Shown here: in pieces, positions 47,645 through 56,257 of the stretch | Position numbering within the stretch: the stretch's first letter is position 1 | Layout of the letters: every line of letters begins with the position of its first letter | DNA from: Candidatus Multivoradales bacterium | GTDB lineage: Bacteria > Acidobacteriota > Thermoanaerobaculia > Multivoradales > JAHEKO01 | Length of the DNA stretch: 64,000 nt | Assembly (NCBI GenBank): GCA_965248055.1 | Contig: CBDFIJ010000004.1 | Location: 1,632,001 to 1,696,000 of the forward strand | Reading direction: 5' to 3' | Notes under the pieces: model-generated | The model's input: the letters and a program-made list of their open reading frames with translations, nothing else | Database searches by the model: none | What the model was told of the DNA's origin: nothing | Translations under genes and position numbers: made by a program

Positions 47645-47657
47645 TATCAGCAGTTTA
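47645..47657. promoter_or_regulatory. IHF-like binding site upstream of the sigma54 motif
   Basis: TATCAG-CAGT-TTA fits WATCAR-N4-TTR, in an AT-rich tract ~40 bp upstream of the -24 element. Confidence 0.45.
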
Positions 47658-47727
47658 TACAAAGAAACGCACGTTAATAGACCAACCTTATGAACTTGAG
47701 AATCAAAATTCCGGACGCCGCCGGCGA

Positions 47728-49272
47728 CTAAGGCACTCGGACCGGTCGCTGGTCTCGGTATCCCTGCAGTCGGGCATTGGCACGCTCAAGCCACAAAGAA
47801 GAAGCATCTTCGCCAACTGTGGAGATCAAACGCTGCTGCCAGGCGACCGCCAGATCGAAACGACCAGCCTCCGCAAACGCCATCGCCATCAACTCAACGT
47901 GTCCAACGGATGGCTCAGCCTTAACCAGCTCGGATGCGATTTGGATTGCACGAACACCATCTCGAACGCTGCGGTCGCGACAAGAAGAAAGTATGTGAAC
48001 CAAACCAGATTGCAGCAGACGGCTTCCCGGGTCTTGCGCTATCCCGGTTTCGATCACCTTAAGACCGCGCTCACACTGTCCTGCCGCAACGTAACGCCCA
48101 GCAATCTCGATCTGAAGATCGGTATTCCTGGGGTCAGAACTCAGGGCTTCGTTATAGATGACCGCTGCGGCACCAGGGTCACCGTGGAGCAAGAGAGCTT
48201 CGGCAATAGCCAATCGAAAATCGTTGCGGGTTGGTTCCAGGTCGACCGCCGTCTTGAGATTCTCAATCGCTGTTGAGTAGCGACCAAGTCGTGTATTGAC
48301 CACGCCTATGTTGAACCAGAGGTCGGCGTTGCTGGGACGAAGCGCCGCAGCTTTTTCAAAAGCGCCTAAGGCTTGATCATATTCGCCGGTGCGAAACAAA
48401 GATGTCGCCAAGCTGTGCCAAATTGTTGAGTCTTCGGGATTCTGTTGAATGGCTTGGCGATAAGCGTCGGTCGACGCGACAAAATCCCCGGCACGCAGGG
48501 CTGCATCTCCCCGGCGCAGGATGCCTCCTATCCCGCGAGCAAGCAGTTGCACCTGATGCATCGCCGCATCACTCAGCACCACATCTACATCACCAATCAA
48601 CGCTTGATGGCGACGGACAGCTTCGTCCTGTTCCAACCTTCCGTAAGCCTGGACAAGCAAGCCGTGAAGCCTGGAGGCTTGTGGCTGCACCTCCAGCGCT
48701 TGCAGTAAGTATTCGACCGCAGCGGAGTAGTTGTCACTGGCGAGCGCACATCGTCCGAGTCCAGCCAGGCTGGTAGCGTCTCGAGGTGATTCCACGATCG
48801 CTTGTAGGTATAAGCCGCGAGCCTCCTCAGCCCGCCCGGCTTGAAAGTGAACCCGAGCCAGTCTGTTGATGGCAGTCGTATGATCCGGGCGATTTTCGAT
48901 GACTTGACGAAACTGATCCGCGGATTGATCGACCAACCCACGCTCCTCCAAGCAGATCGCCAATAGATAACGTGCCGTGTCGTTTTCCGGAGTCAAGGAG
49001 ATTACGTTTTCGTAAGCTACAGTCGCCTGATCATGGAATGAATAAGCTTGAAACAGGCGACCGATCTCAAGAAAAGCCGCGCTTCTATCCTTTTGGTCCC
49101 GCTGTTGGTCCAACGCGTCTCTCGATAGTCGACTGATCTCTTCAGTCAGGTGATCGGTTGCCTCTTCGCCCATCTCGGACAACGGGATCTCTGGCATTGG
49201 CTGTAACTTTGGAGTACAGGCAACCACCAACACCACCAGCATGCAAGCGCACGCCAGCCATTCAGATCTCAT
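47728..49272 (-). CDS. TPR-repeat lipoprotein (family A copy 4)
   Basis: Lipobox VVAC; TPRs; C-terminal AMAFAEAGRFDLAVAWQ; start moved to ATG 49272. Confidence 0.85.
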   Translation of the reverse strand: MRSEWLACACMLVVLVVACTPKLQPMPEIPLSEMGEEATDHLTEEISRLSRDALDQQRDQKDRSAAFLEIGRLFQAYSFHDQATVAYENVISLTPENDTARYLLAICLEERGLVDQSADQFRQVIENRPDHTTAINRLARVHFQAGRAEEARGLYLQAIVESPRDATSLAGLGRCALASDNYSAAVEYLLQALEVQPQASRLHGLLVQAYGRLEQDEAVRRHQALIGDVDVVLSDAAMHQVQLLARGIGGILRRGDAALRAGDFVASTDAYRQAIQQNPEDSTIWHSLATSLFRTGEYDQALGAFEKAAALRPSNADLWFNIGVVNTRLGRYSTAIENLKTAVDLEPTRNDFRLAIAEALLLHGDPGAAAVIYNEALSSDPRNTDLQIEIAGRYVAAGQCERGLKVIETGIAQDPGSRLLQSGLVHILSSCRDRSVRDGVRAIQIASELVKAEPSVGHVELMAMAFAEAGRFDLAVAWQQRLISTVGEDASSLWLERANARLQGYRDQRPVRVP

Positions 49273-49285
49273 TGATTTCAAGCGC

Positions 49286-50986
49286 TTAGCCTTCACTGTT
49301 TCGGGGGACTGTCGCGGCAACACTGCTAGCGGGTTGGGCGAGACGGTGGTATCGATCTATCTCCAGATCGGCCCAGTGCCCTTGGGTTCCATCCGCCCAG
49401 AGAACTTCGATAGAAAGAGGCGCGGTAGCTTCACCCACTCCAATCAGAATCCTACCGTCCTTGGCTGAACCATAGCTTCCGTCTGTGGCTACGGTCGCCA
49501 GCTTCCGTCGACCGTTCTGAACGACCAAAATGGTGCTACCAATAGCAATGCTACCGTCCCGATTCTTCAAGTCAAAGCCAATCCAATGGTGGTGGCGACT
49601 CTGGTTGAGCAAAATATCGGGCCCATCACCAATATTGGTGACCACCAAGTCGGCGCGGCCATCGTTGTCGAGATCCCCCACCGCAAGCCCACGACTCACT
49701 TTGGCACGCTTGAATTCCTGAGATACCAACCCAGCCTCAGTAAATGACTGGCCTCGGTCGCTTAGAAATAACTGGTTTGGCTGCGCTAAAGGAATACGGA
49801 CTCCAGCCTGCAATTGATCCGAAACCACGCTAATTGCTCCGTTGGCCAAAGCGATATCAAGCCAGCCATCCAGATCGACATCAAGAAAACCCGTACCAAA
49901 TGCGGTCAACTGGAGGCTGGGAGTTGCGAGTCCGCTGGTGGACGTCGCGTCTTTGCAGAACCCGCCACCATCCATCTGGTACAAGGTGTTGCTCTCACCT
50001 GTTAGATGGGCCAAAAACACATCATGGTCGCCATCGCTGTCGTAGTCGCCGATCGCTACCCCCATACTAGCTTCCGGGTTGCCCTCTTGATTGACAGCAC
50101 AGCCACCGACCAGGGCTCGGTCGGAAAACGTTCCATCCCGATTGTTGATCCACAACGTGTTGGGTTGGCTATCGTTGGCGATGTACAGGTCAGGCCAGCT
50201 ATCGCCATCGAAGTCTCGAGCAGTAGCTCCCAGGGTGTTGGTGGCAATCCGGCCAATTCCGGACGCCATCGAAACATCCTCGAAGCGACCTCCACCTAGG
50301 TTGTGAAACAGACGATCAGGAACTGAGGTGTAGGCCAACGGGCCGCAGTAATCCGGCCATCCCGCTGGAGCCATACAAGGAATGTGTGCTTCAACTTGAA
50401 AATTTAGAAAATTGCCGACGAACAGGTCAGATAATCCGTCGCGGTCGTAGTCGAAGAATGTGGCCGCAATACCCCAGCGCGGGTCATCAACGCCCGCTCG
50501 CTCTGTAACATCGGCAAAGGTGCCATCTTGGTTGTTTCTAAGAAGTTGGTTCGACCCAAACCGAGTGACGTAAAGATCCGCCCAGCCGTCACCATCAAAA
50601 TCACCCGTGGCGACGCCCATCCCATAGCCACTCGGACTAGGGAGTGCCTCAGAACCCACTGAGGAAAACGCCAGAGTAGTTGGATCGTCCACCAAGTCAT
50701 TACGGAACAAGGCATCTTCCCAGGTTTCGCCACCGGCTTCAAAGCGCCCGCCTTGAACAAAGAACAGGTCCAAGTCCTGATCATTGTCATAGTCCAGCAG
50801 CGCGACGCCACCGCCCATTATTTCGGGGACGTAGTAGGAACCCGTAGCTCCGTCCTGGTGGTGGAAATCAACGCCCAGCGCCTCGGTGGCGTTTCGAAAC
50901 CGTTCGCCACTCCCAGAGCCTCCCCCAGAACAGCCCCATCCCAAGAACAGCAGCAAGACCAACGACTGGCGAGTAGTTAACGCCAC
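49286..50986 (-). CDS. CRTAC1-family protein (FG-GAP + ASPIC/UnbV), copy 3
   Basis: GWGC lipobox-like; DYDNDQDLDLF, DFDGDGWADLY, DYDRDGLSDLF, DLDNDGRADL repeats. Confidence 0.9.
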   Translation of the reverse strand: MALTTRQSLVLLLFLGWGCSGGGSGSGERFRNATEALGVDFHHQDGATGSYYVPEIMGGGVALLDYDNDQDLDLFFVQGGRFEAGGETWEDALFRNDLVDDPTTLAFSSVGSEALPSPSGYGMGVATGDFDGDGWADLYVTRFGSNQLLRNNQDGTFADVTERAGVDDPRWGIAATFFDYDRDGLSDLFVGNFLNFQVEAHIPCMAPAGWPDYCGPLAYTSVPDRLFHNLGGGRFEDVSMASGIGRIATNTLGATARDFDGDSWPDLYIANDSQPNTLWINNRDGTFSDRALVGGCAVNQEGNPEASMGVAIGDYDSDGDHDVFLAHLTGESNTLYQMDGGGFCKDATSTSGLATPSLQLTAFGTGFLDVDLDGWLDIALANGAISVVSDQLQAGVRIPLAQPNQLFLSDRGQSFTEAGLVSQEFKRAKVSRGLAVGDLDNDGRADLVVTNIGDGPDILLNQSRHHHWIGFDLKNRDGSIAIGSTILVVQNGRRKLATVATDGSYGSAKDGRILIGVGEATAPLSIEVLWADGTQGHWADLEIDRYHRLAQPASSVAATVPRNSEG

Positions 50987-50995
50987 GAGTAGTAG

Positions 50996-52228
50996 TTATA
51001 GGTAGTCCAAGATCTCTTTTGCCTGCGTTGCCTGCGCCGAACTGGGGGCCGCATCGATAACCTCCAGAAACAGCTCCTTGGCCACTTCTATCTGGTTGTT
51101 GTTTAGCGCCAGAGACGCGCGAGCAAAGAGAGCCTTAGGGTTGGTCGGGTTGAGCTTGATCGCCTCAGTCGAAAGGTGGTCCGCAATGTCCAAACGACCG
51201 CGGTTGAGGTACTCATTGGCTTGTTCACCCAAGATGTCTGACGCCCGCAACGGATCCGCTTCCTTCATCACCGCTAGATAGCTTTCCGCTGCATCGTGGT
51301 CCCCGGTTCGTTGGTTGATGTCGAACAGGACAATCAAGGCACCCGGATCTTGAGGGTCGAGCGCCAGCGCAGCCTGAGCCAGTTCCTCAGCGGATTCAAA
51401 TTCTTCATCGGCAGCATACAGACGAGCCAGAGTGGACATCGCTTCCAAGAAATCCGGCTGTAGTTCCAATGCTTTGCCGATTAGGGACGTACTCAGATCT
51501 TGTTGACCTGAAGCTAACGCAACCGCCCCGGCGTTGAACAAACGCTTGGGGGTATCAGCGTCTCCGGTGGCCACCACTTGGTCGACAATCGCCAGAACAC
51601 CCTCGGAGTTTTTGGCTGACACCAAGGAATCAAACAAGATGTTCAGCGCGTCGACGTTTTCCGACTCTCGATCCAACCATTGCTGGGCCACTTCACTCGC
51701 CTCAATATATTTTTCTGCTTGATATAGAACCTGCGCCAGAGTCTCGTATGCCGCTACCATTTCCGAGTCAACGAAAATCGCCTCGCGAAAACTGACAATT
51801 GCCGCCTCAAGATCTCCATCATTAAATGCCGCCGCACCAATATTGAAGATCTCGATCGCTTTCTCGTCGCCAACCAATTCAACCTCTACCCACTCCACCA
51901 ACTCCCAGGTCAGTCGTATGGCTTCTCCTACTTTGACGTCGATGACGTCCGAAGACGGGATGTATCCATCTTTGGAAATCTCCACCTTGTAGTCCCAGGT
52001 GGCATCGGTGAAGGTCGCGGTAAACCTTCCCTTCTTGTTGGTGGTGTAAGTCTCGTCAAACGGACTGCCGACCCCGGTGATTACCACCGTGGCGTCTGCA
52101 ACTGGCACTCCCGAATCGTCCAGCACCGTGCCGCTGATTCGACCTTGCGGTCCAGCAATCAGTGATGACGAAAACACAAGCAAACAAAGAGCAATAAATG
52201 GTGAAACTGATCGATTAAACATTCTCAT
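50996..52228 (-). CDS. Secreted carboxypeptidase-regulatory-like + TPR protein (family B copy 2)
   Basis: Signal peptide, GRISGTVLDDSGVPVADATV...TNKKGRFT, TPRs. Confidence 0.85.
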   Translation of the reverse strand: MRMFNRSVSPFIALCLLVFSSSLIAGPQGRISGTVLDDSGVPVADATVVITGVGSPFDETYTTNKKGRFTATFTDATWDYKVEISKDGYIPSSDVIDVKVGEAIRLTWELVEWVEVELVGDEKAIEIFNIGAAAFNDGDLEAAIVSFREAIFVDSEMVAAYETLAQVLYQAEKYIEASEVAQQWLDRESENVDALNILFDSLVSAKNSEGVLAIVDQVVATGDADTPKRLFNAGAVALASGQQDLSTSLIGKALELQPDFLEAMSTLARLYAADEEFESAEELAQAALALDPQDPGALIVLFDINQRTGDHDAAESYLAVMKEADPLRASDILGEQANEYLNRGRLDIADHLSTEAIKLNPTNPKALFARASLALNNNQIEVAKELFLEVIDAAPSSAQATQAKEILDYL

Positions 52229-52283
52229 AACAGATGAATTCTACCATCTGAAGCTGGGCAAAGGGCCAGCGGGACATGACCCT

Positions 52284-53117
52284 TTATCCTTCGGAGACTT
52301 GCGACGCCAGCCCTCTCACAATCACAAACTCACCCGGTATCTGGTATCCCTCACCGACCCGATGCGGCGCGATGGAATCCAAGTAGTCGACGTGGGCTTC
52401 GGCGCGTGTCGCTTGATCGAATCGAGAGTAGGCCATGGCCACCGGGCCGCCGACAAAAGCAGCACCTGGCGCCTGCTTCTGATTGTCGTAGTGCAGCAGA
52501 GTGGAAATGCGTTGGGCCTCGATGTCGACAAGACCCGCCATGCCGAGGACGGTTTCTAGAGCGCCGGGTGAACCCAGCTGGAAAAACATCGGGCAGACTT
52601 CGCTCTTGACCCGAGCGTCTACGATCGGGAAAATCTCAGCCCAGCCACAAGCACTCCGTTCACCCCACACCGCCGCCACCGCGCGCCCACCGGGAACCAG
52701 AACGCGCGCCATTTCCTGTAGCGCTTCCAGCGGTAGAGGGACGTACATAAGGCCCAATGCGCACAGCGCGACATCCACCGATTGGTCTTCGCACTCCAGC
52801 TCTTCGGCACCACATCGAAGTGTCTTGATCTGGGCTAGATCATGCTCTTGAGCCAAGGCTTGGGTGGTGGCCACCATTTCTTGAGACAAATCGGTAGCCA
52901 ACACATAACCCTCGGGCCCAACCGCCCGAGCAGCCCGTAGCGTCACCAAGCCGGTACCACATGCAATGTCGATGACCCGCTCTCCAGCATTCAAGCCGGC
53001 CATTTCGATTAGGGAGTCCTGTGCTGGGCGTAGCTGCTCGCCCCAAAACGGTTCGCAGTCTGCAGCGGCCTTGTCCCATCCGTAGCGCTGGATGCGCCGT
53101 TGCAGTTTCGGTTGCAT
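52284..53117 (-). CDS. Class I SAM-dependent methyltransferase (UbiE-like)
   Basis: VIDIACGTG motif I, EMARVLVPGG. Confidence 0.88.
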   Translation of the reverse strand: MQPKLQRRIQRYGWDKAAADCEPFWGEQLRPAQDSLIEMAGLNAGERVIDIACGTGLVTLRAARAVGPEGYVLATDLSQEMVATTQALAQEHDLAQIKTLRCGAEELECEDQSVDVALCALGLMYVPLPLEALQEMARVLVPGGRAVAAVWGERSACGWAEIFPIVDARVKSEVCPMFFQLGSPGALETVLGMAGLVDIEAQRISTLLHYDNQKQAPGAAFVGGPVAMAYSRFDQATRAEAHVDYLDSIAPHRVGEGYQIPGEFVIVRGLASQVSEG

Positions 53118-53119
53118 CG

Positions 53120-53650
53120 CTAGCTCACCGGGTCAGCTGACGAAATAATCTGCACGGTTCTCTTGACCGACATCGGCTCGGCGAACACTTTGAGGTAGGA
53201 GCAGATCTCGTCCGCCTCGTTCACCATTGCACGGACCGCTTGCTCGCTCGCCGGAGACTCAATCGCCACGGTGTAGCGCACTTCGCTGTAGGCGGGGGTG
53301 ATACTGCTGTCTAAACCCAACTCACCACGGGCGTCATAGTCCGCCTGGACTTCGACCTCAAGGGCGTCGATAGGGATTTCTTTGAATGCCGCCCAGCGCA
53401 GGTAGGTAATGGACAGACAGGTTGCCAAAGCCCCTCGCCCAAACACCCCAGGATTGGGACCCTGGTTGTTGCCCCCGGCTTTCTCCCCGATATCGACCTT
53501 GAAGCTCCAATCGCCTTCTGTCACTTCACAGGTCAGCCCGTCGACCATTCGGGCTCGCGTCACCGCGATTCCCTGGCCCAGCGTCGGCCTCAGCTTGATC
53601 GCCCTCCGGTTGCGGGCAAACGCGGTACGAATCCGTTCGGCATCACTCAT
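53120..53650 (-). CDS. OsmC/Ohr family protein
   Basis: GGNNQGPNPG...ALATCL...ICSY Cys pair; start at ATG 53650 (ATGA overlap with the M64 stop). Confidence 0.85.
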   Translation of the reverse strand: MSDAERIRTAFARNRRAIKLRPTLGQGIAVTRARMVDGLTCEVTEGDWSFKVDIGEKAGGNNQGPNPGVFGRGALATCLSITYLRWAAFKEIPIDALEVEVQADYDARGELGLDSSITPAYSEVRYTVAIESPASEQAVRAMVNEADEICSYLKVFAEPMSVKRTVQIISSADPVS

Positions 53651-55089
53651 CGACTGTCTCCCGGCAGATAACTGTCGATCACGCGCTCGATCGCCTCGGA
53701 GCAGACGCAGCAAAAATGATCCGGATTGCGGGTAAACATGATGCAGTCCGCCTGCGGCCGGTAGATGCCTTTGGCCTCATAGCCACCACCTTGAAAAGCA
53801 CCGACCTCACTAAAGTGTGGCTCCGAGGTGAGGTGCTGGATGGTTGCCTCTTTGACTCGCGCGAAATATTCCTCCATCACTTCTTCCGAAGCCCCGGAAG
53901 CACGCAGCTTGCCTCGTTCCTTTTGGAACTCCGCCATCATCGAGTCATAGGTATTTTGATCCCAGAGAGTCGGTAGCGGTGTACTTTCAGAAACCAAATG
54001 ACCCCATTTGATGTTGTCGGGATCCAGGAGAGCAGTGATGTTGGGTTCCCAGGGTTCAACTCCAGGCGGGTTGAAATTTTCGTACGACACCTGTGAGGTG
54101 TAGTACTCATCGGCCAACCCGGCAAACGCATGGCCAAACTCATGCACCACCAAGTATCCAAACTGCTGACTCTTGGCCGCCGCGGTGGAATACAGATTGT
54201 AGATCCCACCACCACCATACTTTTCACTGTTGGCGATCAGAATCAGCGCGTCGTAGGGAGCCTGAGCGGCAATTTCGCGCAACCGACGATTCTCCATGGT
54301 TAAGACGTAGCGCTCGGAATCGAAACTGTTGTAGGACATTCCCAATGGCGATGTGCGCCAAATCCCGGAACGCGGTCGAGAGATTCCGGACTCCTCTGAC
54401 GGGACATCAATCGCCCAGACATTGAAATCCGCCTTGCGATCGGAGAAGGGCGGGTAAGCAAACAAAAGTTCCGCCGCTTTGCGAGCATCAGCGTGGTAGG
54501 AATCCATCTCCTTGGCCGAATAACCGTCGCCCAAAACTAGCAAATCGACCTTCTCCGCAGGGCTGCCATTGTCGAGCACCGCCCACACTTCGTTTTTGTC
54601 GGCAATCGCAGAGCGATCGACCGATCGATGTTGCGGATCGATCAGGGTCGAATAGATCTCGCGAAAAGTACCGTCGTGGTGGCGCTTCTTCAACACCACC
54701 TGCACCGGATGCTTGGGTTCCGGGAAGCGCTGCGACTCGTGCAGACTGCGCCACACCCCGCGCCGTGCCTCACCGGTGGTCTCCCACTCACCGTAGATCG
54801 ACGAAAACGCTTGCGAGTAAATCGTCAGGTGGGTCTGCGGATCGACCACCAAGAACAAGTACTTACCCAGATTGTTGGTGTCCAACAAGGTTGCTCGCCG
54901 GCCCGGCCATTCGCCCTCGAGCCGGAAACGGTCAAGACTGACGTGCTCTTCTTCGGCGGTACCGGAATGGTAGTAGTCGAAGCGGAGAGACTTGCCGGTG
55001 AAGTGTTGGTCAAACACTGAGTCGGCTCGCGCCGGGGAAACTGCCATCGCAATTGTTAGTACGGCATAGACAAGAGCGTCAAAACGCAT
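53647..55089 (-). CDS. Peptidase M64 (IgA peptidase-like) metallopeptidase
   Basis: Signal peptide; LRFDYYHSG N-domain; GDGY, YGGGGIYN, HEFGHAFAGLADEY, YRPQADCIM...FCCVC. Confidence 0.92.
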   Translation of the reverse strand: MRFDALVYAVLTIAMAVSPARADSVFDQHFTGKSLRFDYYHSGTAEEEHVSLDRFRLEGEWPGRRATLLDTNNLGKYLFLVVDPQTHLTIYSQAFSSIYGEWETTGEARRGVWRSLHESQRFPEPKHPVQVVLKKRHHDGTFREIYSTLIDPQHRSVDRSAIADKNEVWAVLDNGSPAEKVDLLVLGDGYSAKEMDSYHADARKAAELLFAYPPFSDRKADFNVWAIDVPSEESGISRPRSGIWRTSPLGMSYNSFDSERYVLTMENRRLREIAAQAPYDALILIANSEKYGGGGIYNLYSTAAAKSQQFGYLVVHEFGHAFAGLADEYYTSQVSYENFNPPGVEPWEPNITALLDPDNIKWGHLVSESTPLPTLWDQNTYDSMMAEFQKERGKLRASGASEEVMEEYFARVKEATIQHLTSEPHFSEVGAFQGGGYEAKGIYRPQADCIMFTRNPDHFCCVCSEAIERVIDSYLPGDSR

Positions 55090-55109
55090 GTTGGTTTTCC
55101 TTCTTGAGA

Positions 55110-55529
55110 TCAACTTGGCTTAGATACTTCTTGAGACGCCAATTCGGCCATTGCCCAGGAACGATAAGCATCAGGGTTCATGGTACCCACAAAATATCGG
55201 TCTGTAGCTTGGCGCAAATCGGAAAACTGATTGCTGGCGTGGCGCGGGGTCGCGTAAACCGTATCTACGTCTGGGGTTTCGCCCCTAAAGAGACCGACCA
55301 AACGCTGGCGCACTTCGCGATCTGGCAAGGTAAGCAAAGGTTCGTCGCCCAAGCCCTTAGATACAGCCAAACCGCCAACTGCCACAGCGCACGAAGTAAC
55401 CACATCCGCCCAGCTTACTGAACCGCTCCGAAGCCACTGAAAGGCAATTACACCAGCTGCATACGCGAGCACCAATCGGACCTCCCGCGCTTTCAACCAG
55501 AGACTCAAGCCTCTAAGAGAACCATCCAT
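55110..55529 (-). CDS. Small hypothetical membrane protein (paralogue A)
   Basis: Two hydrophobic segments, then TLPDREVRQRL...ATDRYF...AYRSW; motifs shared with 55817-56254. Confidence 0.7.
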   Translation of the reverse strand: MDGSLRGLSLWLKAREVRLVLAYAAGVIAFQWLRSGSVSWADVVTSCAVAVGGLAVSKGLGDEPLLTLPDREVRQRLVGLFRGETPDVDTVYATPRHASNQFSDLRQATDRYFVGTMNPDAYRSWAMAELASQEVSKPS

Positions 55530-55773
55530 ACCTGCCTATTGTATTGGCGAGCCAATCTACCGCTAACGAAAAGCTAAGTAATCCGGCTGTAAACGCCCGC
55601 CCCGGCCATTCGCCCTCGAGCCGGAAGCGGTCGAGGCTGATGTGCTCTTCTTCGGCGGTGCCGGAATGGTAGTAGTCGAAGCGGAGAGATTTGCCGGTGA
55701 AATGTTGATCAAATACTGAGTCTGCCAAGACCAGCCCGGCGTAGAGGAAGGAACGGTAGGTCACAGAATGCAT
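55513..55773 (-). pseudogene. Truncated duplicate of the M64 peptidase 5' end
   Basis: 55598-55725 aligns ungapped with 54899-55026 (offset 699), ~11 mismatches in ~128 nt; ADSVFDQHFTGKSLRFDYYHSGTAEEEH(I/V)SLDRFRLEGEWPGR. Confidence 0.85.
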
Positions 55774-55816
55774 TTCGAGTCAGGCTCCTTTCTGCTTAGA
55801 CTCAGACCCAAGCCAG

Positions 55817-56254
55817 CTAAACACCGAGTTCCTTGGCCATCCAGGCGCGGTATGCAACGGCATCACCCTGTGCAAGAAAATACCGATCGGTCGCTTTTCG
55901 ATACTTCTCCACGCCCAGGCCTCCACCTCGCAAAGCCTCGTAGACTTGATCGACCTCCGGTAGCCCACCGAACTGGAACAACTCCCGCAGCCGCTTCCTT
56001 ACCACTCGGTCGGGAACAGTTGGAATTCGGTCTAACGCCAGCCAACTAAAAAAAACCAACCCCATTACACCAACGATAGCCTGGTGGATCAGCTCTTGGC
56101 GGCTGAAATCGTTGTCACGAAAGTACTGAAACGCGGCGACAGAGAGCATCCCAACGGCATACGCCCATACGCCGTTGGCCTGCAGCCAATCGAGCACAAC
56201 CCTGATCCAACTCCGCGGGACTTCAACTGGTTTGATTTCGACTTCGACCACCAT
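55817..56254 (-). CDS. Small hypothetical membrane protein (paralogue B)
   Basis: Two hydrophobic segments, then TVPDRVVRKRL...ATDRYF...AYRAW. Confidence 0.7.
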   Translation of the reverse strand: MVVEVEIKPVEVPRSWIRVVLDWLQANGVWAYAVGMLSVAAFQYFRDNDFSRQELIHQAIVGVMGLVFFSWLALDRIPTVPDRVVRKRLRELFQFGGLPEVDQVYEALRGGGLGVEKYRKATDRYFLAQGDAVAYRAWMAKELGV

Positions 56255-56257
56255 TGG

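Noticed and set aside
17724-52228. Calling the envelope locus a recently acquired genomic island
   Set aside because: Parts look somewhat more AT-rich by eye, but GC was not computed, no mobility genes or flanking direct repeats were seen, and the families are typical of the inferred host phylum.
54899-55725. Diversity-generating retroelement TR/VR pair suggested by the ~128-nt near-identical repeat
   Set aside because: Mismatches are not adenine-specific on either strand, are mostly synonymous, lie at the 5' end of the gene, and no reverse transcriptase is present in the window.
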